Source of the DNA: a virus
Strand: one strand, 5' to 3'
DNA: 40,954 nt
Virus genome (UHGV): UHGV-0187710
The position numbers and the translations under genes are program-made. The notes beneath the pieces were generated by a model that ran no database searches, had not been told where the DNA came from, and worked only from the letters and a program-made list of their open reading frames with translations. Positions within the stretch are counted from its first letter, which is position 1; each line of letters begins with the position of its first letter. This document shows, one piece after another, positions 26,005 to 35,433 of the stretch.

Positions 26005-26949
26005 ATGCGGGCTGACCTGGTATATCTCATGACAACAAAATTACTTAACCTGCCGCACCTCGCAGAAATGGTCTTCGGTGTGCCTCATTACGCAACACAA
26101 CAGACGATGGACGCCGTGAAGGCGGTATTGCTTCCCCGTATTCAGGGAACGGTGACGGATCCGGTCATTACGATGGCGCTAAATCCGGATGATTCGCCAT
26201 CCCCGGAAGAGCTTCAGCCAGCCGGTGGTATCGCGGTTATTCCCGTTCACGGGATTCTGGTCCCCCGGCGCGGGCAAATTACAGCGATGTGTACCGAACT
26301 GACAAGCTATGAGCGAATCCGCAGCCAGCTGCATTCGGCATTAAATGACCCATCCATCAGTGAAATCGTTCTGGATATTAATTCAGGCGGCGGTTTAGCG
26401 CCCGGGTGCAAAGAGCTGGCTGATTATATTTATCAGTCGCGAGAAATGAAACCGATCACCGCTATTGTGAACTTTAATGCCTTCTCTGCCGCGTATTTTA
26501 TCGCGTCGGCCTGCAGCAAGATTGTCGCCAGTCAGACCAGTGGCGTTGGCTCTATCGGGGTGATCATGGAGCACCTTGATACGTCAAAGCTGGAAGAGAT
26601 CATGGGCGTAAAATTTACTGCACTCTACCGGGGAGATAACAAGAATAATGGCACGTCACATGCCGCGTTGAGTGAATCGGCTCTGACGATGTTCAACAAA
26701 ATGCTCGACGACATGTACGAGACATTTACCTCCTCAGTGGCTGAGTATCGTGGTCTTAAACAGCAGGCAGTGACAGATACCCAGGCGGGAATCTACTTCG
26801 GCGCTGATGCTATTTCTGCTGGTCTTGCTGATGAAGTTTCGGATCCTCAGTCTGCGATTAATGCCATTGCGGCAAAGTACAAACAACCTTCACAAACCAC
26901 TTCCATAAAGCTGCAGGCAGCCGCGATGGACCTGCAAACCAGAATGTAA
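26005..26949 (+). CDS. prohead protease, peptidase S49 (ClpP/SppA-like); alternative start at 26029
   Basis: 314-aa ORF between portal and capsid with S49-like core (DINSGGG ... AYFIASACSKIVASQTSGVGSIGV). Confidence 0.9.
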   Translation: MRADLVYLMTTKLLNLPHLAEMVFGVPHYATQQTMDAVKAVLLPRIQGTVTDPVITMALNPDDSPSPEELQPAGGIAVIPVHGILVPRRGQITAMCTELTSYERIRSQLHSALNDPSISEIVLDINSGGGLAPGCKELADYIYQSREMKPITAIVNFNAFSAAYFIASACSKIVASQTSGVGSIGVIMEHLDTSKLEEIMGVKFTALYRGDNKNNGTSHAALSESALTMFNKMLDDMYETFTSSVAEYRGLKQQAVTDTQAGIYFGADAISAGLADEVSDPQSAINAIAAKYKQPSQTTSIKLQAAAMDLQTRM

Positions 26950-27024
26950 CCCGGCGCTCACGCGTCATTACCACCAGAAAGCAGCCTTAGTGCTGTTTTT
27001 TTATACCTGAAAAGAGAGAAAACT

Positions 27025-28308
27025 ATGCCACAGATTGAAGAATTACGTCGTCAGCGTGCGGGTATTAATGAGCAGGTTCAGGCCCTGGCCACGATTGAAA
27101 CTACCGGTGGAACGCTGACAGCGGAGCAGTTAACCGAATTTGCCAGCATGCAGCAGCAGTTCACGGATATCAGCGCCAAAATTGAGCGTCTGGAAGCGGC
27201 TGAACGTGCCGCGGCGCTTGTTGCCACACCGGTTAGAGGCACACAGCAGGCTCCTGGTGTCATCGTTAAGGCGGAGCCAAAGCAATATACCGGGGCAGGC
27301 ATGACCCGTCTGGTGATGTCGATTGCAGCAGCGGAGGGTAACATCCAGGAGGCTGCAAAATTTGCGGCGGAAGAACTGAATGACCCGTCTGTCTCGATGG
27401 CCATCAGCACTGCCGCTGCGTCAGGCGGCGTTCTTATTCCGCAAAACCTTCACAGCGAAGTGATTGAGCTACTGCGCGATCGTACCATCGTTCGTAAGCT
27501 GGGCGCGCGCTCCATTCCGCTGCCGAACGGCAATATGGCGCTGCCGCGTCTGGCCGGTGGAGCGACGGCGAACTATACCGGGGAAGGTAAGGATGCGAAA
27601 ACATCAGAAGCGCGCTTTGACGATGTGAAACTCACTGCGAAAACCATGATTGCGATGGTGCCCATCTCAAATCAGCTCATTGGCCGCGCAGGTTTTAACG
27701 TTGAACAACTGGTATTGCAGGATATTCTGACGGCGATTTCTGTTCGCGAAGATAAAGCTTTTCTGCGTGATGATGGTACCGGTGATACGCCGATCGGTAT
27801 GAAAGCGCGTGCAACGGAGTGGAATCGCCTTAAACAATGGGCTGGCGCAGATTTATCCCTGAATTCTATTGATGCATACCTGGATGACATCATCCTGATG
27901 GCTATGGACGGGAACAGCAACATGATCAGCTGCGGCTGGGGCATGTCGAACCGGACCTACATGAAACTGTTCGGGCTGCGCGACGGTAACGGCAACAAGG
28001 TTTACCCGGAAATGGCCCTGGGGCTGCTGAAGGGATATCCGGTTCAGCGCACCAGCGCTATCCCGGCAAACCTCGGTGACACCGGCAAAGAGTCAGAAAT
28101 TTACTTCGCTGACTTCAATGATGTGGTTATCGGTGAAGACGGCAGCATGAAAGTGGCATTCTCTCAGCAAGCCGCCTACCAGGACGGGGACGGCAATATG
28201 GTTTCCGCGTTCTCCCGTAACCAGTCATTGATCCGTGTGGTGACTGAGCACGATATCGGCTTCCGTCATCCGGAAGGTCTTGTACTCGGGACAAAAGTGC
28301 TGTTTTAA
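27025..28308 (+). CDS. major capsid protein, HK97-type with N-terminal helical delta (scaffold-like) domain
   Basis: 427-aa ORF after the protease; coiled-coil-like N-terminus then capsid-like body; followed by two hairpins. Confidence 0.9.
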   Translation: MPQIEELRRQRAGINEQVQALATIETTGGTLTAEQLTEFASMQQQFTDISAKIERLEAAERAAALVATPVRGTQQAPGVIVKAEPKQYTGAGMTRLVMSIAAAEGNIQEAAKFAAEELNDPSVSMAISTAAASGGVLIPQNLHSEVIELLRDRTIVRKLGARSIPLPNGNMALPRLAGGATANYTGEGKDAKTSEARFDDVKLTAKTMIAMVPISNQLIGRAGFNVEQLVLQDILTAISVREDKAFLRDDGTGDTPIGMKARATEWNRLKQWAGADLSLNSIDAYLDDIILMAMDGNSNMISCGWGMSNRTYMKLFGLRDGNGNKVYPEMALGLLKGYPVQRTSAIPANLGDTGKESEIYFADFNDVVIGEDGSMKVAFSQQAAYQDGDGNMVSAFSRNQSLIRVVTEHDIGFRHPEGLVLGTKVLF

Positions 28309-28320
28309 CCGGTCCTGCAC

Positions 28321-28344
28321 GCTGTGCGACCACGGTCGCACAGC
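28321..28344 (+). other. perfect 10-bp stem-loop immediately downstream of the capsid gene
   Basis: gctgtgcgac cacg gtcgcacagc; no U-tract directly after it. Confidence 0.5.
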
Positions 28345-28368
28345 GTAAAAAGCACGTAATCCCCCAGG

Positions 28369-28390
28369 CCCGCAGCAGCGGGTTTTTTCT
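28369..28390 (+). terminator. rho-independent terminator after the capsid gene
   Basis: stem cccgc / gcggg with loop agca followed by ttttttctttt. Confidence 0.6.
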
Positions 28391-28406
28391 TTTCAGGAGC
28401 AAAACG

Positions 28407-28781
28407 ATGACAACGAAAGCGAAAAAAGAAGCGGCGGCGGCTGCAGCCGTTGATGTGAAAAAGCAGGATGACCTGCCGACGGAACATACGGTGGACGGGG
28501 ATGGCGGCCAGAATACTGCCGCTGGTTCAGGTAATGACGGTGTTGATCTGACCGGAAGTGAAACAAACGGGGCCGCGGGCCTGACGGGAGCAGAAGTGAT
28601 GCGGAAAGCGGTTTTTTTCCTGGGACCATACCATCGTTATTCACGCGGTGATACGGCCTGTTTTGATGCTGAGTACGCAGAGGAACTGGTTGAACGCCAT
28701 ATCGCGGTATGGCCAAAAGATGCGAAAAAGGCGATGAGTCCCCGCAAGGGAGCCGATAACCATGATACTGAAATTGGATGA
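28407..28781 (+). CDS. hypothetical head-module protein
   Basis: 124-aa ORF with Ala/Gly-rich low-complexity N-terminus, between capsid and connector genes. Confidence 0.5.
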   Translation: MTTKAKKEAAAAAAVDVKKQDDLPTEHTVDGDGGQNTAAGSGNDGVDLTGSETNGAAGLTGAEVMRKAVFFLGPYHRYSRGDTACFDAEYAEELVERHIAVWPKDAKKAMSPRKGADNHDTEIG

Positions 28782-29079
28782 TGTGAAAACCCAGCTCCGT
28801 CTGGAGCCGGAGTTTACGGAGCATGACGACATGCTCCGTAAAATGATGGCGGCTGCGCAGAAGAGTATTGAGCGTGACTACTACTGCAGACTGGTGAGAA
28901 GCGATGACGAACTGCAGGCGCTACCGGAAGGGGTACGCGGTTTTGTGGCGAATGAAGATATCCAGCTGGCCATGCAGTACCTGGTCGGGGATGCGTATCT
29001 GAATGGTTTCACTGGTCAGTGGCTGGAGACGGATGCCGTCCAGTCTCTTCTTTTCCCGTTGCAGGAGAATACCGTATGA
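28762..29079 (+). CDS. head-tail connector protein (gp6-like)
   Basis: 105-aa ORF with N-terminal LKLDDVKTQLRLEPEFTEHDDML typical of this family as recalled; position. Confidence 0.7.
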   Translation: MILKLDDVKTQLRLEPEFTEHDDMLRKMMAAAQKSIERDYYCRLVRSDDELQALPEGVRGFVANEDIQLAMQYLVGDAYLNGFTGQWLETDAVQSLLFPLQENTV

Positions 29080-29426
29080 GCCTGAAGCCGGAGGAGATGA
29101 CCTGCCGCCTTTCGATTGGGTATATGCAATCCGGACGGGGGCCGCTGGGTGAACACCTGCCGGAAAAACTGGTCACGACCGGGAAAGCCTGGGCGAAGCG
29201 CGAACTGGTGTCAGGCAGAAAGGTTCGCACACTGGATCAGCAGCAGGTTGTTGAAACGTGTCTTTTTACCACTCATCCGAACCTGAATATTGATATCGAC
29301 TGGAAAATAACGACGTCTGACCGGGTTTATACCGTTCGTAACGTCGAACGTCTTACTGACCGCATTATCATCACGGGGGAGGCAGACGCACGTCATGATC
29401 GAGCTGGCATTAAAGACATCACTTGA
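29076..29426 (+). CDS. head-tail adaptor / head closure protein
   Basis: start at internal ATG 29076 with AGGAG 8 nt upstream; about 116 aa; position after the connector. Confidence 0.65.
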   Translation: MSLKPEEMTCRLSIGYMQSGRGPLGEHLPEKLVTTGKAWAKRELVSGRKVRTLDQQQVVETCLFTTHPNLNIDIDWKITTSDRVYTVRNVERLTDRIIITGEADARHDRAGIKDIT

Positions 29427-29823
29427 ACGCCTGACCGGGCTGGTTGTTTACCCTCTGCTCCTGCCCGATAAGCTGCTGGAGGGGGTTACTTACCAGCGGA
29501 TTTCCGATCCTGAAATTGAAGTGGGTCTGGTACGTACGGGTCTTGTCACGGCGCGATTCCAGATAACCCTGTATCTCACCGATGATTACACCGGACTGTT
29601 ACGACTGGATCAAAAAATCTGGCGTGCATGGCGGCCGGTTGTCCACGGGCAGATAGAAGGGTTTCCGGTGCAGTACGTGGCGCGGGGCAGCATTCAGCAG
29701 GATAAAAATGTGCTGACCAGCGGCAGTGTGCAGTACCGGCTGGCACGTGACTTTTTCTTTACGTACGCGCAAAGCGCTGACGCTAATGGTGTCGGGGAGG
29801 TCGGCGATGAGAATATCCGTTGA
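29395..29823 (+). CDS. tail completion / head-tail joining component
   Basis: 142-aa ORF in the conserved structural order, overlapping both neighbours. Confidence 0.6.
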   Translation: MIELALKTSLERLTGLVVYPLLLPDKLLEGVTYQRISDPEIEVGLVRTGLVTARFQITLYLTDDYTGLLRLDQKIWRAWRPVVHGQIEGFPVQYVARGSIQQDKNVLTSGSVQYRLARDFFFTYAQSADANGVGEVGDENIR

Positions 29824-30223
29824 GGTTGAAGGACTGGCGGAGCTGGAGAAAAGCCTGCTGGCGCTCGGGGAAAACATTGCCCTGAATATCGTACGCGACG
29901 CCGGTACGAAAGCCATGCAGCCGGTGGTGGATGAAATGATAAGGCACGCGGGATTTAACCCTGATAATGACGGGGAGCATATGCGTGACACCATCCGGGT
30001 AAGAAGCCGTAGCCGTGTCAGGGATGGCCGCTGGCCGACCCTGATGACATTCCGGGCGGGCCCCTCAGCACCGCACACGATAAAAGCCCGCGCGCAGGAG
30101 TACGGTACGTATAAACAGGTCGCCATACCCTTTATGCGACCAGCTCTCGATAACAATATTCCCAAAATCCTTAGCACGCTTGCACGTGAAATTCGTGCGG
30201 GCATTAACAGTTATAAACAATAA
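29807..30223 (+). CDS. HK97 gp10-like tail-attachment protein
   Basis: start at ATG 29807 with GGGGAGG 6 nt upstream; N-terminus MRISVEVEGLAELEKSL... typical of the gp10-like family as recalled. Confidence 0.7.
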   Translation: MRISVEVEGLAELEKSLLALGENIALNIVRDAGTKAMQPVVDEMIRHAGFNPDNDGEHMRDTIRVRSRSRVRDGRWPTLMTFRAGPSAPHTIKARAQEYGTYKQVAIPFMRPALDNNIPKILSTLAREIRAGINSYKQ

Positions 30224-30237
30224 GCACGAGGTCAGAC

Positions 30238-30708
30238 ATGACAGGTAAAACATCATCTGAGTACGCGACCCTTCCGGCAGGATCGGCCGTGAAGTGGGGG
30301 ATGCCCGGCGACAATGTCGCGGCGCTGAAGCCACTGAAAAGCTGTACCGGCGTGGGGGCGATGGGGTTACAGGGTGGTTTTGTTGACTGTACCACGCTGC
30401 TGGACACCCAGAAGCAGTACATTTCGGATCTGCCTGACGGACCGGATAAGACGCTGACGTTTGTTGATGATCCGGAAGACCAGAATCTGACGGATTTTCT
30501 GAACGCAGCAGAGCGTCGCGAGGTGGTGCAGTTTTACGTTGAACTGCCCAATGGTCGCACATCAACGTCAGTTATTGCGCTGGCGGGCTGGCAGATGGCG
30601 GAAATCAAGGCTCCGGCGAGCGCAGCCATCCAGCTCGAGGTGAAGGGTAAGCAAAACTCCATTACATGGGGAAGTAAAGCCACTACCCCGGTTACCCCAA
30701 AACCATAA
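30238..30708 (+). CDS. major tail (tube) protein
   Basis: 156-aa ORF immediately upstream of the G/GT chaperone pair and tape measure gene. Confidence 0.6.
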   Translation: MTGKTSSEYATLPAGSAVKWGMPGDNVAALKPLKSCTGVGAMGLQGGFVDCTTLLDTQKQYISDLPDGPDKTLTFVDDPEDQNLTDFLNAAERREVVQFYVELPNGRTSTSVIALAGWQMAEIKAPASAAIQLEVKGKQNSITWGSKATTPVTPKP

Positions 30709-30775
30709 TCGCCCGGCGCCACACGTTAAACGCATCATTTCCTGTTACCCCTTCTGTAAATAAGGACTCTGATAA

Positions 30776-31123
30776 ATGAAAAATCTGAAAAGCGCGCTGC
30801 TGTCTGCCACCCGTACGGTTGCGGACTGTACCCTGCTGGGCGTGCCGGTGCACATCCGTCGTATGAGTGCACTCGAGGCGGCAGACTACGACGATGCCAT
30901 CGCAGATGCCCGCGCAGCGAATAATGCGCTGGTCCCCGCCCGACTCAGTGCCGGACTCATCCTTTCAGTGCTGGTGGATGAAAACGGGAATGCCATTCCA
31001 CCCAAAAGCCTCCCCACCGTGGATGAGTTGCTGGCCGTACATGATAACGCCGCCCTGATTGAGGCTGTGTCAGTTATTCAGCGGCACAGTTACGGGACGC
31101 TGGAGGAGGCGCAAAAAAACTGA
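30776..31123 (+). CDS. tail assembly chaperone (G-like)
   Basis: 115-aa ORF ending at a slippery A AAA AAC heptamer directly upstream of the tape measure gene. Confidence 0.75.
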   Translation: MKNLKSALLSATRTVADCTLLGVPVHIRRMSALEAADYDDAIADARAANNALVPARLSAGLILSVLVDENGNAIPPKSLPTVDELLAVHDNAALIEAVSVIQRHSYGTLEEAQKN

Positions 31124-31362
31124 GGCAATCTCCCTGGCTGTTGCTGGCTTACCAGCTGGCTGACCGCCTGGGAGAACCCGATCCACTGAAAATTCTGTCT
31201 CTGCCAGCTTCTGTTCTGATGGGGTGGCTGGCGTTTCTTAATCTTCCGGAAATTAATGGTATGGCACCTGGCGACCCGCCCGACAGCGGACTGAATGTAC
31301 CTGCCATTTCACCGGATGATACTGCCGCGGCCTGCGCTGCTTTTATGAGGGTGATGAAATGA
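30776..31362 (+). CDS. tail assembly chaperone G-T fusion made by programmed -1 frameshift at about 31114..31120
   Basis: -1 frame after the A AAA AAC site (a7 run 31113..31119) is open and continues as ...KKLRQSPWLLLAYQLADRLGEPDPLKIL... to 31362, where it overlaps the tape measure start. Confidence 0.6.
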
Positions 31363-34331
31363 GTGGTAATGCCGGAACGCTGGCGGTCAGTCTGCATGTG
31401 AACAGCGCCTCTTTCAAAGCCGACCTTATGGATGCTTATCAGACCGGCAGCCGTGAGGCCCGGCGATTTGCTGAGTCCACTCGCAGGGAAATGAAAGAGA
31501 CCGGGGATGCCATCGGCAGTGTGGGTACCAGTGCCGGAGGGCTGGGACGCACTTTCGAAGGCCTTTCCTCGCGCCTGAAAACAGGAAGCGGCGGCTTTGA
31601 TCAACTGCGTAGTGCTCTCAATGGTTTTGCTGCCACGGGGAATGTGTCCGCCAGTACGCTGGCTAATGCCCTGGTACCGGCGATATCCCGGACGCTGACG
31701 GGGGCTGAACAACTGAAAGGTGTGCTCGCTCAACAGCGGGACGCGTTCAGCAAAACCGCTCAGGCGGCATATGATGCCGCCCGGGCGCAAATCCAGTCGG
31801 CGCAGGCGGCAAAGCAAAAAGCACTGGATGTGGCACAGAGCGCGGCAAAAGACTATGAAGCAGCGAAGGCTGTCGAAGAAAATGCCGTGGCGCTGGCGCG
31901 TCATTACGATCAGCAGCAGAAAGTCAATAAAGAGTACGGTCTTGCGGTCAGTTACAGAGAGGAATACCGGAAGATAAACGCGCAGCTTAAAGAGTCAGAC
32001 ATGGCGGCCAGCGTCGCCAAACAACGGGTGGCTGCGGCGGGAAAGGCAGCGGCAGAAGCGGAGGCACTGGAAGCACTCGGAAAGTCGAAGCTCTCGGATG
32101 CCATGCGTCTTATCAGCGCCAGGAACTATGAGATTTCTCTGTCAGCGCGTGCCGCCGCTGCGGGTACCGCGTTGCTGAACGGTGCACTGGCGATGGTAGG
32201 CGGGCCGGTCGGTCTGGGGATTATTGCGCTGGTTTCTGGCGTGACGGCACTGTGGTCTGCCTACAGCAAAGCTGAAGAAAAAACGAAAGCCCTGAATGCG
32301 GCATTACTGCAAGGCAATAGTGGCGCGTCACTCAGCCTGACCCGGATCCGGGCGCTGAATAAAAGCCTGGGTGACACGGATGGCTCCATGAAGGCAGTGA
32401 CGGCTGCGGTTAAGGCCGGGTTCAGCGGCGAGATGCTGGATCGCGTGTCCTCAGTCGGTAGCCAGCTGGAATCACTGGGGGGGAATGCGGATGAGCTGGT
32501 CCGACAGCTGTCATCCATCAGTGGCGATCCGGTCAAAGCGATGCAGGATGCCACGCAGCAGGGGTACGAATTTAATGCTGCGCAGATAGAGCAGATTGCC
32601 ACCCTGGCCCGCCTGGGTAAAACCGCCGAGGCGGTGGCGCTGGTGCAGAAAATCATGCTTGATGACGTTGCGGACAAAATGAAGGAGCAACAGCGTCAGA
32701 CTGAGGAGAGCATTGGCTGGTGGGAGAAGCTGAAGAAAGCTGTTTCTGAAGGGCTTGAGGGCTACGCTTCAGCGCAGATTGAGACCAGTCGCGCGATGGC
32801 GGCCGCGGTGGGGGTGGATATTGATGAGCCCGCCCGAAAGCTCAAAGAGAAGCGGGACGAAGAGAAAAAACAGGAGGAAGACCGGGCTCAGGCCGCCCGT
32901 CAGCGCCAGGATGAGCAGAGCAAAGAAATCACCGCCCAGATAAATCTGGCCGCCTGGATCAAGGCCGGGACGGATAAAACCCGTCTTGCAGCAGAAGCCA
33001 CCGCCGATCTCAGTACCCGCTATAAGGCCGGAAAAATCACCGCTGATGAGTACGCTTCTGCCCTGAGAGGGATAGACAAACTCTACGGTGATAAAAAAAC
33101 CGGGGTGTCCGCCCATCAGGACAGCGAGGGTGTTCGCCGTCTGGCGCAACTGAAGCAACAGGAAGTGGTGCTGAAAGCGCAGGGGCGTGAAACGGAGCGG
33201 ATGGGTGAAAGTCAGAAAAAATTACTGGCTTTTGAACAGGAAATCGCGTCTTACGCCGGGAAAAAACTGACAAAGGCCCAGGAAAGCGTACTGGCTATGC
33301 AGGATCAACTGCGTGCCCAGCTTGAAACTAACGCAGCCCTGGAGAAGCAAAACGCACAACGTAATCTGGCTGTGACGCTTGAAAAACAACTCCGGGATGT
33401 CAGGGAGGAAACGGCACGCCGTCAGCAGGAGCAGAATAACGCTGCTGCTCAGGTGACGATGAGCGACCGGGAATATGAGCAGATGGTCACCCTGCAACAG
33501 ATCCGTGAGGATTTTGCGCAGAAACAGAAAGCGCTCGATGAGGAGGTAAAAGACCATTCATCAGTGCTTTACCAGGCACAGACACAGGCGCTTGCCGAAG
33601 AAATGCAGAGGCAGACTGAAATCGTCAAAAAAGGCGCCGAAGACAAAAAAGCGGCTGAGGAGGATTTTGCGGGAGCCGCCGCCGCAGGCATGAAGAACTG
33701 GATGGACAAGGCCGGTAACTATGCACAGCAGATAAAGGACGCAGTGTCGAACGCCATGGACGGGCTGGCGGATAACATTGTCGCCACCCTTAACGGCAAT
33801 AAAAGCTCATGGCGTGACTGGGGGACGATGATACTCCAGACCATTCAGAAAATTCTGGTGAATGCCGCGCTGGTTAACGGCCTGAAGGCACTGGGCGGAT
33901 CACTGGGTGGTGCCGGAGGGATCCTGGGAGGGATTGGCAGTGCAATTTCCGGTGTGGTGGGTAATGCCCGGGGGGGCGTCTATGACTCTCCGGGACTCAG
34001 TGCTTACAGCTCTACTGTCGTCGACAGGCCCACGCTGTTTCCGTTTGCCAAAGGGGCGGGACTGATGGGGGAAGCGGGGCCGGAAGCGATTATGCCGCTG
34101 ACCAGAGACAGTAAAGGTCGTCTGGCCGTCACCGCGACGGGAATGGAAGGGACGGGAGGTGGCGTGGTGGTTAATCAGCAGTTCAGTGTGCACATACAGA
34201 ATGACGGCAGTAACGGTGAAATAGGCCCCGGCGCGCTGAAGATGGTGTATGAGATTGCCGAACAGGCAGCAATGAAAACACTGACTGTGCAGGGGCGTGA
34301 TGGTGGCAGGCTGAGCGGAGCATACAGATGA
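31359..34331 (+). CDS. tail tape measure protein
   Basis: 990-aa ORF, long Ala/Gln/Glu-rich helical regions and Gly-rich C-terminal part, positioned after G/GT. Confidence 0.93.
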   Translation: MSGNAGTLAVSLHVNSASFKADLMDAYQTGSREARRFAESTRREMKETGDAIGSVGTSAGGLGRTFEGLSSRLKTGSGGFDQLRSALNGFAATGNVSASTLANALVPAISRTLTGAEQLKGVLAQQRDAFSKTAQAAYDAARAQIQSAQAAKQKALDVAQSAAKDYEAAKAVEENAVALARHYDQQQKVNKEYGLAVSYREEYRKINAQLKESDMAASVAKQRVAAAGKAAAEAEALEALGKSKLSDAMRLISARNYEISLSARAAAAGTALLNGALAMVGGPVGLGIIALVSGVTALWSAYSKAEEKTKALNAALLQGNSGASLSLTRIRALNKSLGDTDGSMKAVTAAVKAGFSGEMLDRVSSVGSQLESLGGNADELVRQLSSISGDPVKAMQDATQQGYEFNAAQIEQIATLARLGKTAEAVALVQKIMLDDVADKMKEQQRQTEESIGWWEKLKKAVSEGLEGYASAQIETSRAMAAAVGVDIDEPARKLKEKRDEEKKQEEDRAQAARQRQDEQSKEITAQINLAAWIKAGTDKTRLAAEATADLSTRYKAGKITADEYASALRGIDKLYGDKKTGVSAHQDSEGVRRLAQLKQQEVVLKAQGRETERMGESQKKLLAFEQEIASYAGKKLTKAQESVLAMQDQLRAQLETNAALEKQNAQRNLAVTLEKQLRDVREETARRQQEQNNAAAQVTMSDREYEQMVTLQQIREDFAQKQKALDEEVKDHSSVLYQAQTQALAEEMQRQTEIVKKGAEDKKAAEEDFAGAAAAGMKNWMDKAGNYAQQIKDAVSNAMDGLADNIVATLNGNKSSWRDWGTMILQTIQKILVNAALVNGLKALGGSLGGAGGILGGIGSAISGVVGNARGGVYDSPGLSAYSSTVVDRPTLFPFAKGAGLMGEAGPEAIMPLTRDSKGRLAVTATGMEGTGGGVVVNQQFSVHIQNDGSNGEIGPGALKMVYEIAEQAAMKTLTVQGRDGGRLSGAYR

Positions 34332-34672
34332 CAGCGCAACTGAAAACATTTCACTGGTCGCCCAGAGAAGGGATGAAGATGGCATCAAAGCCGTCTGTTG
34401 TCACGGTGAGATTTGGTGACGGGTATTCGCAGCGCAGGGCGGCAGGGCTGAATGCGCAACTGAAAACGTGGTCGCCGGTATTCCGGGTTCAGGGGGAAAG
34501 GGAGATTCGCGCCCTGAACGATTTTCTGGATGCGCATGCAGGGTACCGGGCTTTTTTGTGGCGACCGCCGCTGGTGAACCGGCTGGTCAGAGTGATATGC
34601 CCTGAATGGGATGTCAGCAATCTGGGGGGGTACACTGATTTCTCATGCAGGTTTGAGCAGGTCGTGATTTAA
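34328..34672 (+). CDS. minor tail protein M
   Basis: 114-aa ORF, ATGA-coupled to the tape measure gene; lambda M-like size and position. Confidence 0.85.
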   Translation: MTAQLKTFHWSPREGMKMASKPSVVTVRFGDGYSQRRAAGLNAQLKTWSPVFRVQGEREIRALNDFLDAHAGYRAFLWRPPLVNRLVRVICPEWDVSNLGGYTDFSCRFEQVVI

Positions 34673-34788
34673 AGATCGAAGAATCGATCTGATCGATCGA
34701 TATATTTAATTGAACTTATTCAGCTGCTGGTGATGTTGTTCAGGCGCACGCCATGGTGCGCCTTATAAACAAACTGAAGGGAAACAAT

Positions 34789-35319
34789 ATGAATAAGTTA
34801 GCAGTGGCTGTTCTGGCTATGTCGGTTCTTGGTGGTGTCGGGGTTGCAAGTGCCGCTGATTATAAAAATACCGTGTCTCTGGGATATGCACATACACATT
34901 TGTCTGGTTTGATTTCAGGAAATGCAGCTGGTGCGAATCTGAAATATAACTGGGAACATCTGAATAGCGGGTTTGGCGTAGTGGGATCGCTTACCTATAC
35001 CGAAGCTGATCTTAATAATTATTATTACGGCTATCGGGTTGGCGAAGTTAACTACACGTCTTTCCTTGTGGGGCCGTCATATCGTTTTAATGATTTTCTG
35101 AGTACCTACATCATGCTCGGAGGGGCCAGTGGCGAAGTGAAAGATAATTTTGGGCACAGTGAATCTAAAACGAGTTTCGCCTATGGGATCGGTATCCAGG
35201 TTAACCCGGTAGAGCATTTTGCAATCAATGCCTCATATGAGCATGCTAAATTCAGTACTCAACTGGGTGATGATATTGATGCCGGAACCTGGGTTTTGGG
35301 TGTGGGTTACAGTTTCTGA
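34789..35319 (+). CDS. Ail/Lom/OmpX-family outer membrane beta-barrel protein (virulence-type moron)
   Basis: signal peptide MNKLAVAVLAMSVLGGVGVASA, alternating beta-strand pattern and C-terminal aromatic (GVGYSF); inserted between tail genes M and L. Confidence 0.88.
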   Translation: MNKLAVAVLAMSVLGGVGVASAADYKNTVSLGYAHTHLSGLISGNAAGANLKYNWEHLNSGFGVVGSLTYTEADLNNYYYGYRVGEVNYTSFLVGPSYRFNDFLSTYIMLGGASGEVKDNFGHSESKTSFAYGIGIQVNPVEHFAINASYEHAKFSTQLGDDIDAGTWVLGVGYSF

Positions 35320-35340
35320 CAGTATTCAATATTCCAATAA

Positions 35341-35368
35341 AAAACCCTCCACTGTGAGGGTTTTTTAT
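35341..35368. terminator. terminator between the ail/lom-like gene and convergent sodC
   Basis: stem aaaaccctc / gagggtttt with loop cactgt, flanked by T-run (plus strand) and A-run. Confidence 0.65.
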
Positions 35369-35433
35369 TGGGTAAATTTTCCGGCCTCCTCCTAAAGGTG
35401 CTGTCCGGTGTCTTTTTGTTGTATTACCTGCTG

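Noticed and set aside
29599-30204. 201-aa minus-strand ORF
   Set aside because: Antisense to the co-linear head-tail structural genes; Arg/Ser/Cys-rich composition, no start context.
31149-31904. 251-aa minus-strand ORF
   Set aside because: Antisense to the 5' part of the tape measure gene; low-complexity Arg/Gly/Ser-rich translation.
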